Counted from the first letter of the stretch, positions 55,625 to 63,682 are shown. The stretch is 64,000 bases of DNA from Clostridia bacterium (GCA_018433675.1 JAHDQS010000006.1:66425-130424); one strand, 5' to 3'. Notes: generated by a model from the sequence alone, not told the origin. Translations and numbers: made by a program.

Positions 55625-56133
55625 TTATTCTCTCGATAAATCTTAATTATCTGCTCGATTATTTCCTGAAACTCCAAGTTCGAAGTATCTACATGAAAAT
55701 CGGCATATTTATTTAAATCTTCTCTTTGGACCATCATCTGTGTAATACTGTCATATGTAGTGACCTTTTTCAGCAACGGTCTACTGTTACGACGCTTGAC
55801 CCTTTCATAAATCACTTCCGGCTCGGCAGTTAAACAAATTATAATTCCATTGTCGGTCAAAAACTCAGTGTTTTCACTGTTAAGAACCACTCCTCCACCA
55901 ATAGCTATCACCGAGTTTTCTTTACGGGCCAATCTTTTTATGGCTAGATCCTCTTCCGATTGAAAGCGTTTTTTACCATGTTTTCTTAACATTTGTTGAA
56001 TGGTCAATCCCGTTACCTTTTCTATTTCATGGTCCGTATCATAAAACTTTTTGTTGAGTATTGCCGCCAGTCGCTTGCCAACGGCTGTCTTTCCCGTACC
56101 CATAAAACCTACCAGCACGATATTTGACTTCAT
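55621..56133 (-). CDS. aroK: Shikimate kinase (stand-alone copy)
   Basis: 170 aa. MKSNIVLVGFMGTGKT (Walker A), DTD, GGGVVL. The stop overlaps the start of the fusion gene (ATGA). Confidence 0.88.
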   Translation of the reverse strand: MKSNIVLVGFMGTGKTAVGKRLAAILNKKFYDTDHEIEKVTGLTIQQMLRKHGKKRFQSEEDLAIKRLARKENSVIAIGGGVVLNSENTEFLTDNGIIICLTAEPEVIYERVKRRNSRPLLKKVTTYDSITQMMVQREDLNKYADFHVDTSNLEFQEIIEQIIKIYRENN

Positions 56134-56164
56134 TTTTTCACCTGCTCACCTTCCAACATATTGT

Positions 56165-56662
56165 TCAATCCTGCCTTCCCACCACTTTCTCAAGCATCCT
56201 CAACAACTTAGTACCAATGAATTCTTTTTTGTCTAGCGGCGGAATCAGAATCGTAAAGCAACCTGCCCGGTTTCCTCCGATTATATCCGTAAACAACTGA
56301 TCGCCAATCACTGCTACTTGATTTTCTTTTACTTTCATAATTCCTACGGCCTTAAGGAATGACCTTTTTAACGGTTTCAAGGCCGGCGCGACATAGTCCA
56401 GATTGTTTTTGCCGGCAATTTCCTCTGCTCTTTCCTTTTTTGCATTTGTCACCAGGCATATCCTATAACCCAGCGATGATGCTTTTTTGATAAATAGAGA
56501 GGCCTCTTCTGTTATTGTTATTCCTCTCCACATACTAATAGTATTATCAAGATCAAGAATGATACCCCTTATTCCTTTATCACGCAGAGATAATAGATCA
56601 ATTTCAGTCAATGAGGGCACCGTCATTTTAGGACGAAGAATACTAATTCTCATAGAAACCAT
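56165..56662 (-). CDS. yqeG: YqeG-family HAD-IIIA phosphatase
   Basis: Start set at the Met with an AGAGGTGA RBS (track ORF extends 33 codons further). HAD motifs ILDLDNT, VTNA, GDQLFTDI. Synteny with aroE as in B. subtilis. Confidence 0.8.
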   Translation of the reverse strand: MVSMRISILRPKMTVPSLTEIDLLSLRDKGIRGIILDLDNTISMWRGITITEEASLFIKKASSLGYRICLVTNAKKERAEEIAGKNNLDYVAPALKPLKRSFLKAVGIMKVKENQVAVIGDQLFTDIIGGNRAGCFTILIPPLDKKEFIGTKLLRMLEKVVGRQD

Positions 56663-56820
56663 TAATTCACCTCTGGTTGCACATTTTCTTCTACTTATTA
56701 TATCTTTCATTGTATCATAAAATATGTAAAGGATAATTTTTGTTTTTTTACCATAACTCAATTTACTTTACCATGATTTTGGTGTATAATTAAACAGAAC
56801 TTATATCTTTCCTTTCTTAT

Positions 56821-56850
56821 AGTCGACCTAGCGGTCGACTTTTTGTTTTA
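56821..56850 (+). other. Terminator-shaped hairpin with no upstream plus-strand gene
   Basis: AGTCGACC-TAGC-GGTCGACT followed by TTTTGTTTT, in the divergent intergenic region between yqeG and the MCP-like gene. Confidence 0.35.
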
Positions 56851-56919
56851 ACTCTCGATTATAGGTGCTACATTTTATTTCTCTTTAATTATTTCTATTT
56901 ATTTTGTATTATATTATAA

Positions 56920-56948
56920 TTGACAGTAACTTCAACCTTGTATATATA
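56920..56948 (+). promoter_or_regulatory. Candidate sigma-A promoter of the MCP-like gene
   Basis: TTGACA-N17-TATATA (or N19-TATAAT), about 25 nt upstream of the AGGAG RBS and the ATG at 56973. Confidence 0.5.
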
Positions 56949-56972
56949 ATAACAAAAAAGGAGTGTTGAAAC

Positions 56973-57815
56973 ATGCCCTGTGAGAACCTTCTGGAGCACT
57001 TTATAGCAATCGCCCCTTATATAAATCAAATAACGTCCGCAGATATTGGTGTAACTATTTACGAAGGAGATACGTGCATCCTGTACATACCGGCAGAAAA
57101 ACTCGTGCTTAATATCAAGCCCGGAGATAAAATGCCCCCGGGCGGCGCAGCCGAGCAATGTATTAAAAAGAAAAAACGGATATTTTTTGAAAAAAGTAAA
57201 GAAGAATCCCTTTCCAATATCCCTTTTATTGCTAATGCTTTCCCTCTCATTGCTGATGACGGAACCGCAATAGGATGTATTCTTACTACCGAAACCACCG
57301 ATGTGCAAAACATCATCCGCGATACTTCGGAAAACCTTAAAACCTCCTCCTCCCAACTTGCCATGTCTATGCAAGAATTAAACAAACAAGCGGAAAAGCT
57401 TGCATCATCCGGCAAGGTTCTTAAAGATATTGCCGCCCATACGGTGGAAAAGGTTAAGGATACCGATAAGATAGTCTCTTTCATTAACGACGTAGCGGAA
57501 CAAACAAATCTATTGGGTCTTAATGCAGCCATTGAAGCAGCAAGGGTCGGCGAACTTGGCAGAGGATTTGGCGTTGTTTCCGATGAGGTCAGAAAGCTTG
57601 CTGTTCATAGTTCCAAATCGGCTAAACAAATCAAGGAAGTATTGCAAGCAATCAAGGAATCAAACAACAGCTTGGCCACCCAAAGCAGCGATGTTGAAAC
57701 TGCCGTGCAGGAGCAGGTAGCGGTGATACAACAAATCGCTTCAGCCGGTCAACAACTCACTGCTATGGCGGATGAACTGCAAAAGTTATCCCAGAATATG
57801 CTTAATATGGACTAA
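56973..57815 (+). CDS. Soluble methyl-accepting-chemotaxis-protein-like signalling protein (small sensor domain + minimal MCP hairpin)
   Basis: 280 aa with no TM. The MCP tip motif [33 protein letters not shown] is present. The N-terminal ~110 aa are PAS/Cache-like by eye. Confidence 0.75.
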   Translation: MPCENLLEHFIAIAPYINQITSADIGVTIYEGDTCILYIPAEKLVLNIKPGDKMPPGGAAEQCIKKKKRIFFEKSKEESLSNIPFIANAFPLIADDGTAIGCILTTETTDVQNIIRDTSENLKTSSSQLAMSMQELNKQAEKLASSGKVLKDIAAHTVEKVKDTDKIVSFINDVAEQTNLLGLNAAIEAARVGELGRGFGVVSDEVRKLAVHSSKSAKQIKEVLQAIKESNNSLATQSSDVETAVQEQVAVIQQIASAGQQLTAMADELQKLSQNMLNMD

Positions 57816-57824
57816 AGAGAATCC

Positions 57825-58520
57825 TCAATTATTTAGATCCTTCATCAATTTTTCCAGCGCCCTCTTTTCGATCCTCGAAACATAGGACCTGGAAATCCCC
57901 AAAATACGAGCAATCTCGCGCTGCGTTTTACGCATACCGTTAACCAGTCCAAAACGCAGCTCAATTACCTTACGTTCCCTGTCCCCTAGATATTTTATCC
58001 GCGCCAGTGTTTGTTGGAACTGCACATTATTTTGCACGATGTTCGGCACAATTTCAGCGTCTGTTCCCAAGATATCCATCAAGCTTATCTCATTACCTTC
58101 CCTATCAATGCCAATAGGATCATACAACGAAACCTCGCCCTTGTTCTTTTTCGTAGCCCTCAGATGCATCAAGATTTCATTTTCAATGCATCTGGCTGCA
58201 TAAGTCGCCAGTTTCGTGCCTTTATCAATATCAAAGGTGTTGATGGCCTTAATTAAACCAATAGTTCCGATAGAAATAATATCGTCTTTATCATCGCTTG
58301 CTCCGTCAAATTTTTTCCCAATGTGCGCTACCAGCCGCAGGTTATGCTCGATTAAAACATTTCTTGCATTGATATCCCCCTCTTTAGCAGCATGCAAATA
58401 GTGCTTCTCCTCCTCATCGGAAAGAGGTTGAGGAAAAGCATTATTATTAAGATAATATATCAACAAGACAAGGCTTTGCAGCAAAGTGGCAATAGCTATC
58501 ACTACCGAGGCAATATTCAT
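57825..58520 (-). CDS. sigK: Sporulation sigma factor SigK (pro-sigma-K, uninterrupted)
   Basis: 231 aa. The hydrophobic pro-sequence ends in YYLNNNAFPQPLSDEEE (B. subtilis: YVKNNAFPQPLS). NLRLVAHI, KLATYAARCIENEILMHLRA, GISRSYVSRIEKRAL. Confidence 0.92.
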   Translation of the reverse strand: MNIASVVIAIATLLQSLVLLIYYLNNNAFPQPLSDEEEKHYLHAAKEGDINARNVLIEHNLRLVAHIGKKFDGASDDKDDIISIGTIGLIKAINTFDIDKGTKLATYAARCIENEILMHLRATKKNKGEVSLYDPIGIDREGNEISLMDILGTDAEIVPNIVQNNVQFQQTLARIKYLGDRERKVIELRFGLVNGMRKTQREIARILGISRSYVSRIEKRALEKLMKDLNN

Positions 58521-58604
58521 ATCCTGACCACCTCCGTTTATCTGTTTTAAATACTATGGAGGCGGACAACAAAAAGTGCCAGTACGTATGAAAATATTTT
58601 CAAC

Positions 58605-58628
58605 TTTATCTTCTTTCTTACTGCCCGA
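58605..58628. repeat. Direct repeat copy 1 (24 bp, identical to 60391..60414), continuing into an 11-bp second match
   Basis: TTTATCTTCTTTCTTACTGCCCGA, then CGGCCTCATT (58629-58638), which recurs at 60481-60490. It covers the last codons and stop of the DUF188 gene. Confidence 0.9.
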
Positions 58629-59061
58629 CGGCCTCATTTATTAGTTGAATCAGCTTGTCCCTATATGACTCATCCTGCGCCGCGGTACGCTTTGCCACGC
58701 CTTTGAGTCTTCCGCCGGCATTTCGTATTTTTTTTGCCGTGTAACGCTGCAGAAGTAGTGCATCTATGTTGTCCGCATTGTACTCCATGCCATCCTGACT
58801 TATAATCCGCGCCCTGCGTGCAAGGCACATGGCGGCGAGGCCATAGTCTTGGGTAACGACGATATCACCGGGCTGTGCCAGATTGACCAGCGCGAAGTCT
58901 ACACTGTCTGAACCCTTAGAAAAAGTCAACGTTTTCGCACCGTACTTTTCTAAGACATGAGATGTATCGCATAGCAGTAAGCACTCGATCTTATACTTCT
59001 TCGATAGCGCCACAGTAATATCCACCACGGGGCAACCGTCAGCATCCACCAGTATCCTCAT
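58618..59061 (-). CDS. YaiI/YqxD family (DUF188) protein
   Basis: Start at MRILVDADGCPVV, the family-typical N-terminus. The track ORF adds 14 codons. Confidence 0.75.
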   Translation of the reverse strand: MRILVDADGCPVVDITVALSKKYKIECLLLCDTSHVLEKYGAKTLTFSKGSDSVDFALVNLAQPGDIVVTQDYGLAAMCLARRARIISQDGMEYNADNIDALLLQRYTAKKIRNAGGRLKGVAKRTAAQDESYRDKLIQLINEAVGQ

Positions 59062-59174
59062 AGACTCCGCAACCTTTTGAGTATTGTCTCGTCCGCGGGA
59101 CAATACTCGTAGTTATCCAGCTCATCCACGACTATCCAGCGTATATCGTTATGTTCTGCTACAACTTCATTCAT
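59058..59174 (-). CDS. 38-aa ORF translationally coupled to the DUF188 gene (hypothetical)
   Basis: My translation: MNEVVAEHNDIRWIVVDELDNYEYCPADETILKRLRSL. In-frame TAA immediately upstream of the ATG, GGTGGTGGG RBS, and a TGA stop overlapping the DUF188 ATG (ATGA). Too short for the ORF track. Confidence 0.3.
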   Translation of the reverse strand: MNEVVAEHNDIRWIVVDELDNYEYCPADETILKRLRSL

Positions 59175-59288
59175 TTATCCCACCACCAATTTGTTCGTCT
59201 TCTTCAGATACTTTGCAGGGATCGGACGGTCCAAGTCTGCGGCAGTTTACCAACGGCCAGACGCGTCTTTAATTTCGAGTCAACTGTG

Positions 59289-60209
59289 TTATTTCTTGTC
59301 GCCCAAAATGCTCAGGTAATTGTCCAGTTGCTCATCCACATATCCGGCGATCAGACTCTGCATTGCCGTTGGGTCGCCGTAGCGGTAATGGGCATCAAAG
59401 GCTTCGTAATATTTCCGGCGGTCGGTGAATTTCACGTTAATAGTCGGATAGCCGTTTTGCATTAGCTCGAGATTCATCACCAGTCTTCCTGTGCGTCCGT
59501 TGCCGTCGACGAACGGGTGGATACCCTCAAAATCCAGATGGAACAAGGCGATGCGGGCGATGGGATGTATCGTCTTTTTTCGCGTCTCGTCCGTCTGCAT
59601 CAGCTCAAACATTTTCGGCTCGACCATGTATGGCTGCGGCGGCTCGTGGAATGCGTCCATGATGCGCACGGGAATGCTTCGATACACGCCCTTGTCGTTG
59701 GGTCTGTCCACCAGCACAAGCGAATGAATCTGTTTGATGATCGATTCGGAAAGCAGCAGCTTCTTCTGCGCGATGTCCTGAATAAACAAGAAAGCGTCCT
59801 TGTGTCCGATAGCCTCCAGATGATCCTTCAGTGGCTTTTGGTGAATGGTGACGCCATTTAAAACCATCGCCGTCTCCTGCAGAGTCAGAGTGTTGCCCTC
59901 GATGGCATTGGAGTCATAGGTGAACTCCACCATGAATTCTTCCCGCAGTCTATCGAACTCGCCCTCTGTCAGGGGACGACGTTTTTTTAGCTCTTCCCTC
60001 TTTGCGTCAATAGTCTCAAGAACATTGCCAATGTAGCCCTTGGCGCGAGCCGCTCTGCCGTCAACCGGCTTTTCCGCGTTAACGGGAATCATGTAGAGGC
60101 TGCCTTTGCGGATTACGCCCTCGATCTTGCCCTCGGCGCACAGTCCCCTGACCCGGCGGTCGGAAATTCCCCACCGCTTGGCCATCTCCGATACTCTGAT
60201 ATATTCCAT
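59289..60209 (-). CDS. Fic-family protein with N-terminal HTH (class II, auto-inhibited type)
   Basis: Start at MEYIRVSEMAKRWGISDRRVRGL (MerR/excisionase-like HTH; GGAGGG RBS). Inhibitory motif SNAIEG ([ST]xxxE[GN]). Fic motif HPFVDGNGRTGR. Confidence 0.88.
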   Translation of the reverse strand: MEYIRVSEMAKRWGISDRRVRGLCAEGKIEGVIRKGSLYMIPVNAEKPVDGRAARAKGYIGNVLETIDAKREELKKRRPLTEGEFDRLREEFMVEFTYDSNAIEGNTLTLQETAMVLNGVTIHQKPLKDHLEAIGHKDAFLFIQDIAQKKLLLSESIIKQIHSLVLVDRPNDKGVYRSIPVRIMDAFHEPPQPYMVEPKMFELMQTDETRKKTIHPIARIALFHLDFEGIHPFVDGNGRTGRLVMNLELMQNGYPTINVKFTDRRKYYEAFDAHYRYGDPTAMQSLIAGYVDEQLDNYLSILGDKK

Positions 60210-60272
60210 ATTCGCCCTCCTGACCGTGACGATAATACTCTGTAAACAAGCATACCCCAAAGCCGGAAGGAT

Positions 60273-60325
60273 TACAACAATCATATCGGAAATATGTCAT
60301 CAATGTTTCCGATATGATTGTTGTA
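60273..60325. promoter_or_regulatory. 20-bp perfect inverted repeat upstream of the HTH-Fic gene (candidate operator)
   Basis: TACAACAATCATATCGGAAA-N13-TTTCCGATATGATTGTTGTA, 64-116 nt upstream of the Fic ATG. No U tract on either strand. Confidence 0.45.
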
Positions 60326-60351
60326 TCGGACAAAATGAAAATTCACAATTA

Positions 60352-60391
60352 AAAGGAAGAAGGATGCCAAACAACACATCTTTCTTCCTTT
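60352..60391 (-). terminator. Intrinsic terminator of the zinc-ribbon gene
   Basis: On the minus strand AAAGGAAGAAAGATG-N10-CATCCTTCTTCCTTT (one mismatch) followed by TAATT; with the three Ts that close the stem this reads TTTTAATT. About 45 nt after the stop at 60434. Confidence 0.7.
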
Positions 60392-60414
60392 TTATCTTCT
60401 TTCTTACTGCCCGA
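60391..60414. repeat. Direct repeat copy 2 (24 bp, identical to 58605..58628)
   Basis: TTTATCTTCTTTCTTACTGCCCGA, abutting the terminator stem. The 11-bp companion match ACGGCCTCATT lies 66 bp further on, inside the zinc-ribbon gene 3' end. Confidence 0.9.
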
Positions 60415-60433
60415 ATGTTTACGCCCATTATCC

Positions 60434-60712
60434 TTACTCGTTTACTGCTTTTGTATCCGGCTTCTTTGTTTTATCCGCAACGGCCTCATTGGCTTGGGAA
60501 GCACCTTCCGGCTCTTTTCCTACCGTACCCGAAGGAGATTTTGTGTCTGTACAATAAAAACCGGAACACTTGTAAAGAATATTTACATTCTTACCAATCA
60601 AACGCTGTACGGAAGATCCGCAAGTAGGACAGGCAGACAGAGCCTTGTCTTTGATACTCTGAGTTACAGTGAATTTCCCGCATTGAGGACAGCGATAATC
60701 GTATGTCGGCAT
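60434..60712 (-). CDS. FmdB-family zinc-ribbon protein
   Basis: 92 aa. MPTYDYRCPQCGKF ... CPTCGS CxxC-CxxC signature. Confidence 0.85.
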   Translation of the reverse strand: MPTYDYRCPQCGKFTVTQSIKDKALSACPTCGSSVQRLIGKNVNILYKCSGFYCTDTKSPSGTVGKEPEGASQANEAVADKTKKPDTKAVNE

Positions 60713-60784
60713 TTGCCCACCTCCAATAATGTTATCTTCATAATTTTATTTCCTTAAAAATTTTAGTTTTTTATTCAATTATTG

Positions 60785-61300
60785 TCAAGACCATACTCCG
60801 GCTTTTTCTAAATAACGAATGAGCAATCTTGCCACAAAACCGGTCAAAAAACCCATCGGTAAAGCAGCAAACAGTAAAAGGGGTAAGTAATAAACGACGA
60901 TATACTTTGTCTGAACCAAAAAAGACGCCATCACTAATTGAGACATATTATGAGCTACCGCCCCGGCAATGCTGATTCCTATCAGGCTCAAACCAATACC
61001 GCTTTTTTCTAACAGCCCCATCATCAAAGCGCTGACTACAGCTCCGCTTAAGCCCAGAATAAAACCTATCGATAAAAACGTTCCGCTCACCAAAGACCCC
61101 AGCAACACCCTTATTACAGCTACCGTCAACCCTGCCCGCCAACCGTACAAGGATAGTGCCAACAGCGTCACAATGTTCGCTAAACCAAGCTTGACACCCG
61201 GCAGAAAAAACGCACTCGGCAACTGAGCTTCCAAAACATGAAGGGCGATACCAAAAGCTACCAGAAGCGAAAAGAAAACCATCTTACGCACATCACGCAT
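60785..61300 (-). CDS. Gx transporter family membrane protein (heptaprenyl-diphosphate-synthase-component-I-like)
   Basis: 171 aa, 5 TM. Typical partner of NusG-domain-II and ApbE genes. Confidence 0.6.
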   Translation of the reverse strand: MRDVRKMVFFSLLVAFGIALHVLEAQLPSAFFLPGVKLGLANIVTLLALSLYGWRAGLTVAVIRVLLGSLVSGTFLSIGFILGLSGAVVSALMMGLLEKSGIGLSLIGISIAGAVAHNMSQLVMASFLVQTKYIVVYYLPLLLFAALPMGFLTGFVARLLIRYLEKAGVWS

Positions 61301-61317
61301 ATCCGCACAACCTTACC

Positions 61318-61689
61318 TTATCGTGTTATCGCATCAACAGGAGCCGGCGCATCGATATATATGACGATCTCATTAGGCACACATATTATCGATTCTCCCG
61401 GAGCACTGATCCAGCTCCGCCTGACGCATATTTGCTGTGGGCAGGATGATTCCGCGATCCTGACCTTCTTATCCCTCACCTCGATCATCACCGGCCCGGT
61501 CTTCCCTTCAATCACAAAGCTGCTCTCTTCCCCTTCGGTAAGCTTTATTTCCTTCCTTACCTCACCTTGCACCTTAACAACAGCATAGATCTCAGTGCTC
61601 GTTTCCCGCGACATATACCCGTGAATCGCCCAGGCAAGCATTCCTGACAAAAGAATCATAAATACCAGCCATCTATCGGCTTTAGTCAT
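61318..61689 (-). CDS. NusG domain II-containing (DUF1312-like) membrane-anchored protein
   Basis: 123 aa, N-terminal TM. The CPQQICV ... ICVPN motif is characteristic of this family. Confidence 0.7.
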   Translation of the reverse strand: MTKADRWLVFMILLSGMLAWAIHGYMSRETSTEIYAVVKVQGEVRKEIKLTEGEESSFVIEGKTGPVMIEVRDKKVRIAESSCPQQICVRRSWISAPGESIICVPNEIVIYIDAPAPVDAITR

Positions 61690-62746
61690 AATAATATCCC
61701 TCTTTAGCCGTTATTTCCAGCTTATCTGCCAGACCGGAAGTATGAAGTATTCTCCTATCACTTGTGACAATGAAGGCCTCTGTGTCTTCTATCCCCTCTG
61801 CCAAGTCCAACGCTTCCTCAGAATCCAATAAAAACAGCATCGTTGATAAGATATCGGCTTCTCCCGCATCCGGGGAAATTACTGTAACGCAGATATTCAT
61901 ATTTGCCGGATAGCCCGTTTCAAGAGAAAGAAGGTGATGATACTTAATACCTTTCTCTTCAAAATACCTGATATAATCTCCGGAGGTGGCTACAGCTTCA
62001 TCCTTGAGATCCAGAATACCAATTATCCCGGATGGATCACGGGGATCCTGAATCCCTATTCTCCATGAAGAATTTTCCCTATTTTCGCCTATTACCTTGA
62101 TATTCCCGCCGGCATTTATCATGGCCCTTTTGATACCTTCTTCTTGCAAAACCTCCGCTGCTTTCTCCACCGCATAACCCTTGGCAACCGCACCTAAATC
62201 CAGCCTCATTCCGGGTTCTTGCAAGAAAACCGTTTGTTTATTTTCGTCCAATACTACTTTTTTTTCATCAGCTAGCTTCAAGGCCTCGTTTTTTTCCTCC
62301 GCGGTTGGCACCTTTTGAGTTGCCTTCCCAAATCCCCAGATATCAAGCAAAGGAGCAACGGTAATACCAAAAGCACCTTCCGACAACCGGGAATATTCTT
62401 GCGCCGCCTTCAGCATGGAGAATACATCTTCCTCGACGCGCACCGGTTCGATTCCGGCTTGACTGTTGATGCGGCAAATATCACTTTTTTCATAGGCAGA
62501 AGTGCCCTTTTCAGGAAAGCGATCAACCAGAGCCGCTACGCGTCTCATTTCAGAAAAAGCTTCTGCCGTGGCTTTTTCCAAAACCACGGCGTCTTTACCA
62601 TACACCTTGATACTTACCAGTGTATCCATCAAAAATTGTTCGCTCTCGTATTCATGTCCCGTTTCGCTTGTTAAGAATCCATACGTCATGACTACCAAGA
62701 AGACGAGGCCTACACCCGCAATAATAGCTTTTCTACTCATCATCAT
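61682..62746 (-). CDS. apbE: FAD:protein FMN transferase (ApbE)
   Basis: 354 aa. FLMDTLVSI, DLGAVAKGYA and AVATSGDY motifs. Downstream of rnfB. Confidence 0.88.
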   Translation of the reverse strand: MMMSRKAIIAGVGLVFLVVMTYGFLTSETGHEYESEQFLMDTLVSIKVYGKDAVVLEKATAEAFSEMRRVAALVDRFPEKGTSAYEKSDICRINSQAGIEPVRVEEDVFSMLKAAQEYSRLSEGAFGITVAPLLDIWGFGKATQKVPTAEEKNEALKLADEKKVVLDENKQTVFLQEPGMRLDLGAVAKGYAVEKAAEVLQEEGIKRAMINAGGNIKVIGENRENSSWRIGIQDPRDPSGIIGILDLKDEAVATSGDYIRYFEEKGIKYHHLLSLETGYPANMNICVTVISPDAGEADILSTMLFLLDSEEALDLAEGIEDTEAFIVTSDRRILHTSGLADKLEITAKEGYYYD

Positions 62747-62771
62747 ACATTATTCTTCTCATTCTTTGTCC

Positions 62772-63662
62772 TTATTCTTTGCATGCACCGCAAAGGGCAC
62801 ACCCCGTACTTGCCTCGGCAGCAATTTCATCCGTATTCCGGCAACCCTCTTTGTCCACCGGTTCCTGTTTTTCAATCACCTTCGTTGGGCACTTCTCGAC
62901 ACAAATACCGCAATTTGTACACTTCTCATAATCGATCACAGCAATACTTGATCCCAAATCACCCACTACCTTGATGGCTCCTTCAGGACAATTCTTCTCG
63001 CAAATCTTACACTTGATGCAAGCAACCTCACAAGCCGCTTTGGCGTCTTTTCCTTTATCCTTATTACTGCAGCGGACATGAACCAATTGTCCGACAGGTG
63101 CTAATTGCAAAACCTGCTGTGGACATTCGCGGACACAAACGCCGCAACCGGTACATGCCTCACGATCAATGACAGGAAGCCCGTCTTCACCCATGGTTAT
63201 CGCACAAAACGGACAGGATGCAACGCAAGTCCCCAGTCCGAAGCAACCGTAGTTGCAAACTTTAGGCCCCTTGTACTGCAAAGCCACCGCCTTGCAGTCC
63301 TGTATCCCTTCGTATTTGTAAAGGGGCTTGGCCTTCCCTGTACTACCCGCACACATCAACTGGGCTACGTTCCGCTGACTCGTCTTTTCATCAACGCTAG
63401 CTCCCATAATCTGAGCAATATTTTGCGCCACATCGCTTCCGCAGACCGGACACAAGGACATTCCTGCACCGCCCAGCACAATCGCTTCGGCATAACCGCT
63501 ACAACCGGGATAACCACAACTACCGCAATTGGCTCCGGGGAGGATCTTCTGTATTGCTTCAATTCGAGGATCGACTTCAACTGCAAATTTTTTACCGGCT
63601 ACGGCAAGGATAACCCCAAAAACAGCCCCCATAACCGCTAAGCTAATAACCGCATAAACCAT
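62772..63662 (-). CDS. rnfB: Rnf electron transport complex subunit B (poly-ferredoxin)
   Basis: 296 aa. N-terminal TM, LPGANCGSCGYPGC motif, several CxxCxxCxxxCP motifs. Confidence 0.9.
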   Translation of the reverse strand: MVYAVISLAVMGAVFGVILAVAGKKFAVEVDPRIEAIQKILPGANCGSCGYPGCSGYAEAIVLGGAGMSLCPVCGSDVAQNIAQIMGASVDEKTSQRNVAQLMCAGSTGKAKPLYKYEGIQDCKAVALQYKGPKVCNYGCFGLGTCVASCPFCAITMGEDGLPVIDREACTGCGVCVRECPQQVLQLAPVGQLVHVRCSNKDKGKDAKAACEVACIKCKICEKNCPEGAIKVVGDLGSSIAVIDYEKCTNCGICVEKCPTKVIEKQEPVDKEGCRNTDEIAAEASTGCALCGACKE

Positions 63663-63682
63663 TTGTTATACCTCCGCGTAAT

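Noticed and set aside
56895-57374. 159-aa minus-strand ORF overlapping the promoter and 5' half of the MCP-like gene
   Set aside because: The plus-strand gene has a strong RBS, a promoter and the conserved MCP tip motif. The minus-strand translation has no recognisable features and would start inside AT-rich intergenic DNA.
57825-58520. Possible skin-type interruption of sigK
   Set aside because: The ORF is continuous from pro-sequence to region 4.2 (231 aa, colinear with B. subtilis SigK as I remember it). The nearby cassette lies upstream of the gene, not inside it.
59062-59103. Upstream ATG start for the DUF188 gene (MSRGRDNTQKVAES...)
   Set aside because: Family members start at M-x-I-x-VDADxCP. 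The extension runs through a hairpin and overlaps the coupled small ORF.
60106-60627. 173-aa plus-strand ORF across the Fic 5' end, the inverted repeat, the terminator and the zinc-ribbon gene 3' end
   Set aside because: It crosses two structured non-coding elements and is antisense to two motif-supported genes.
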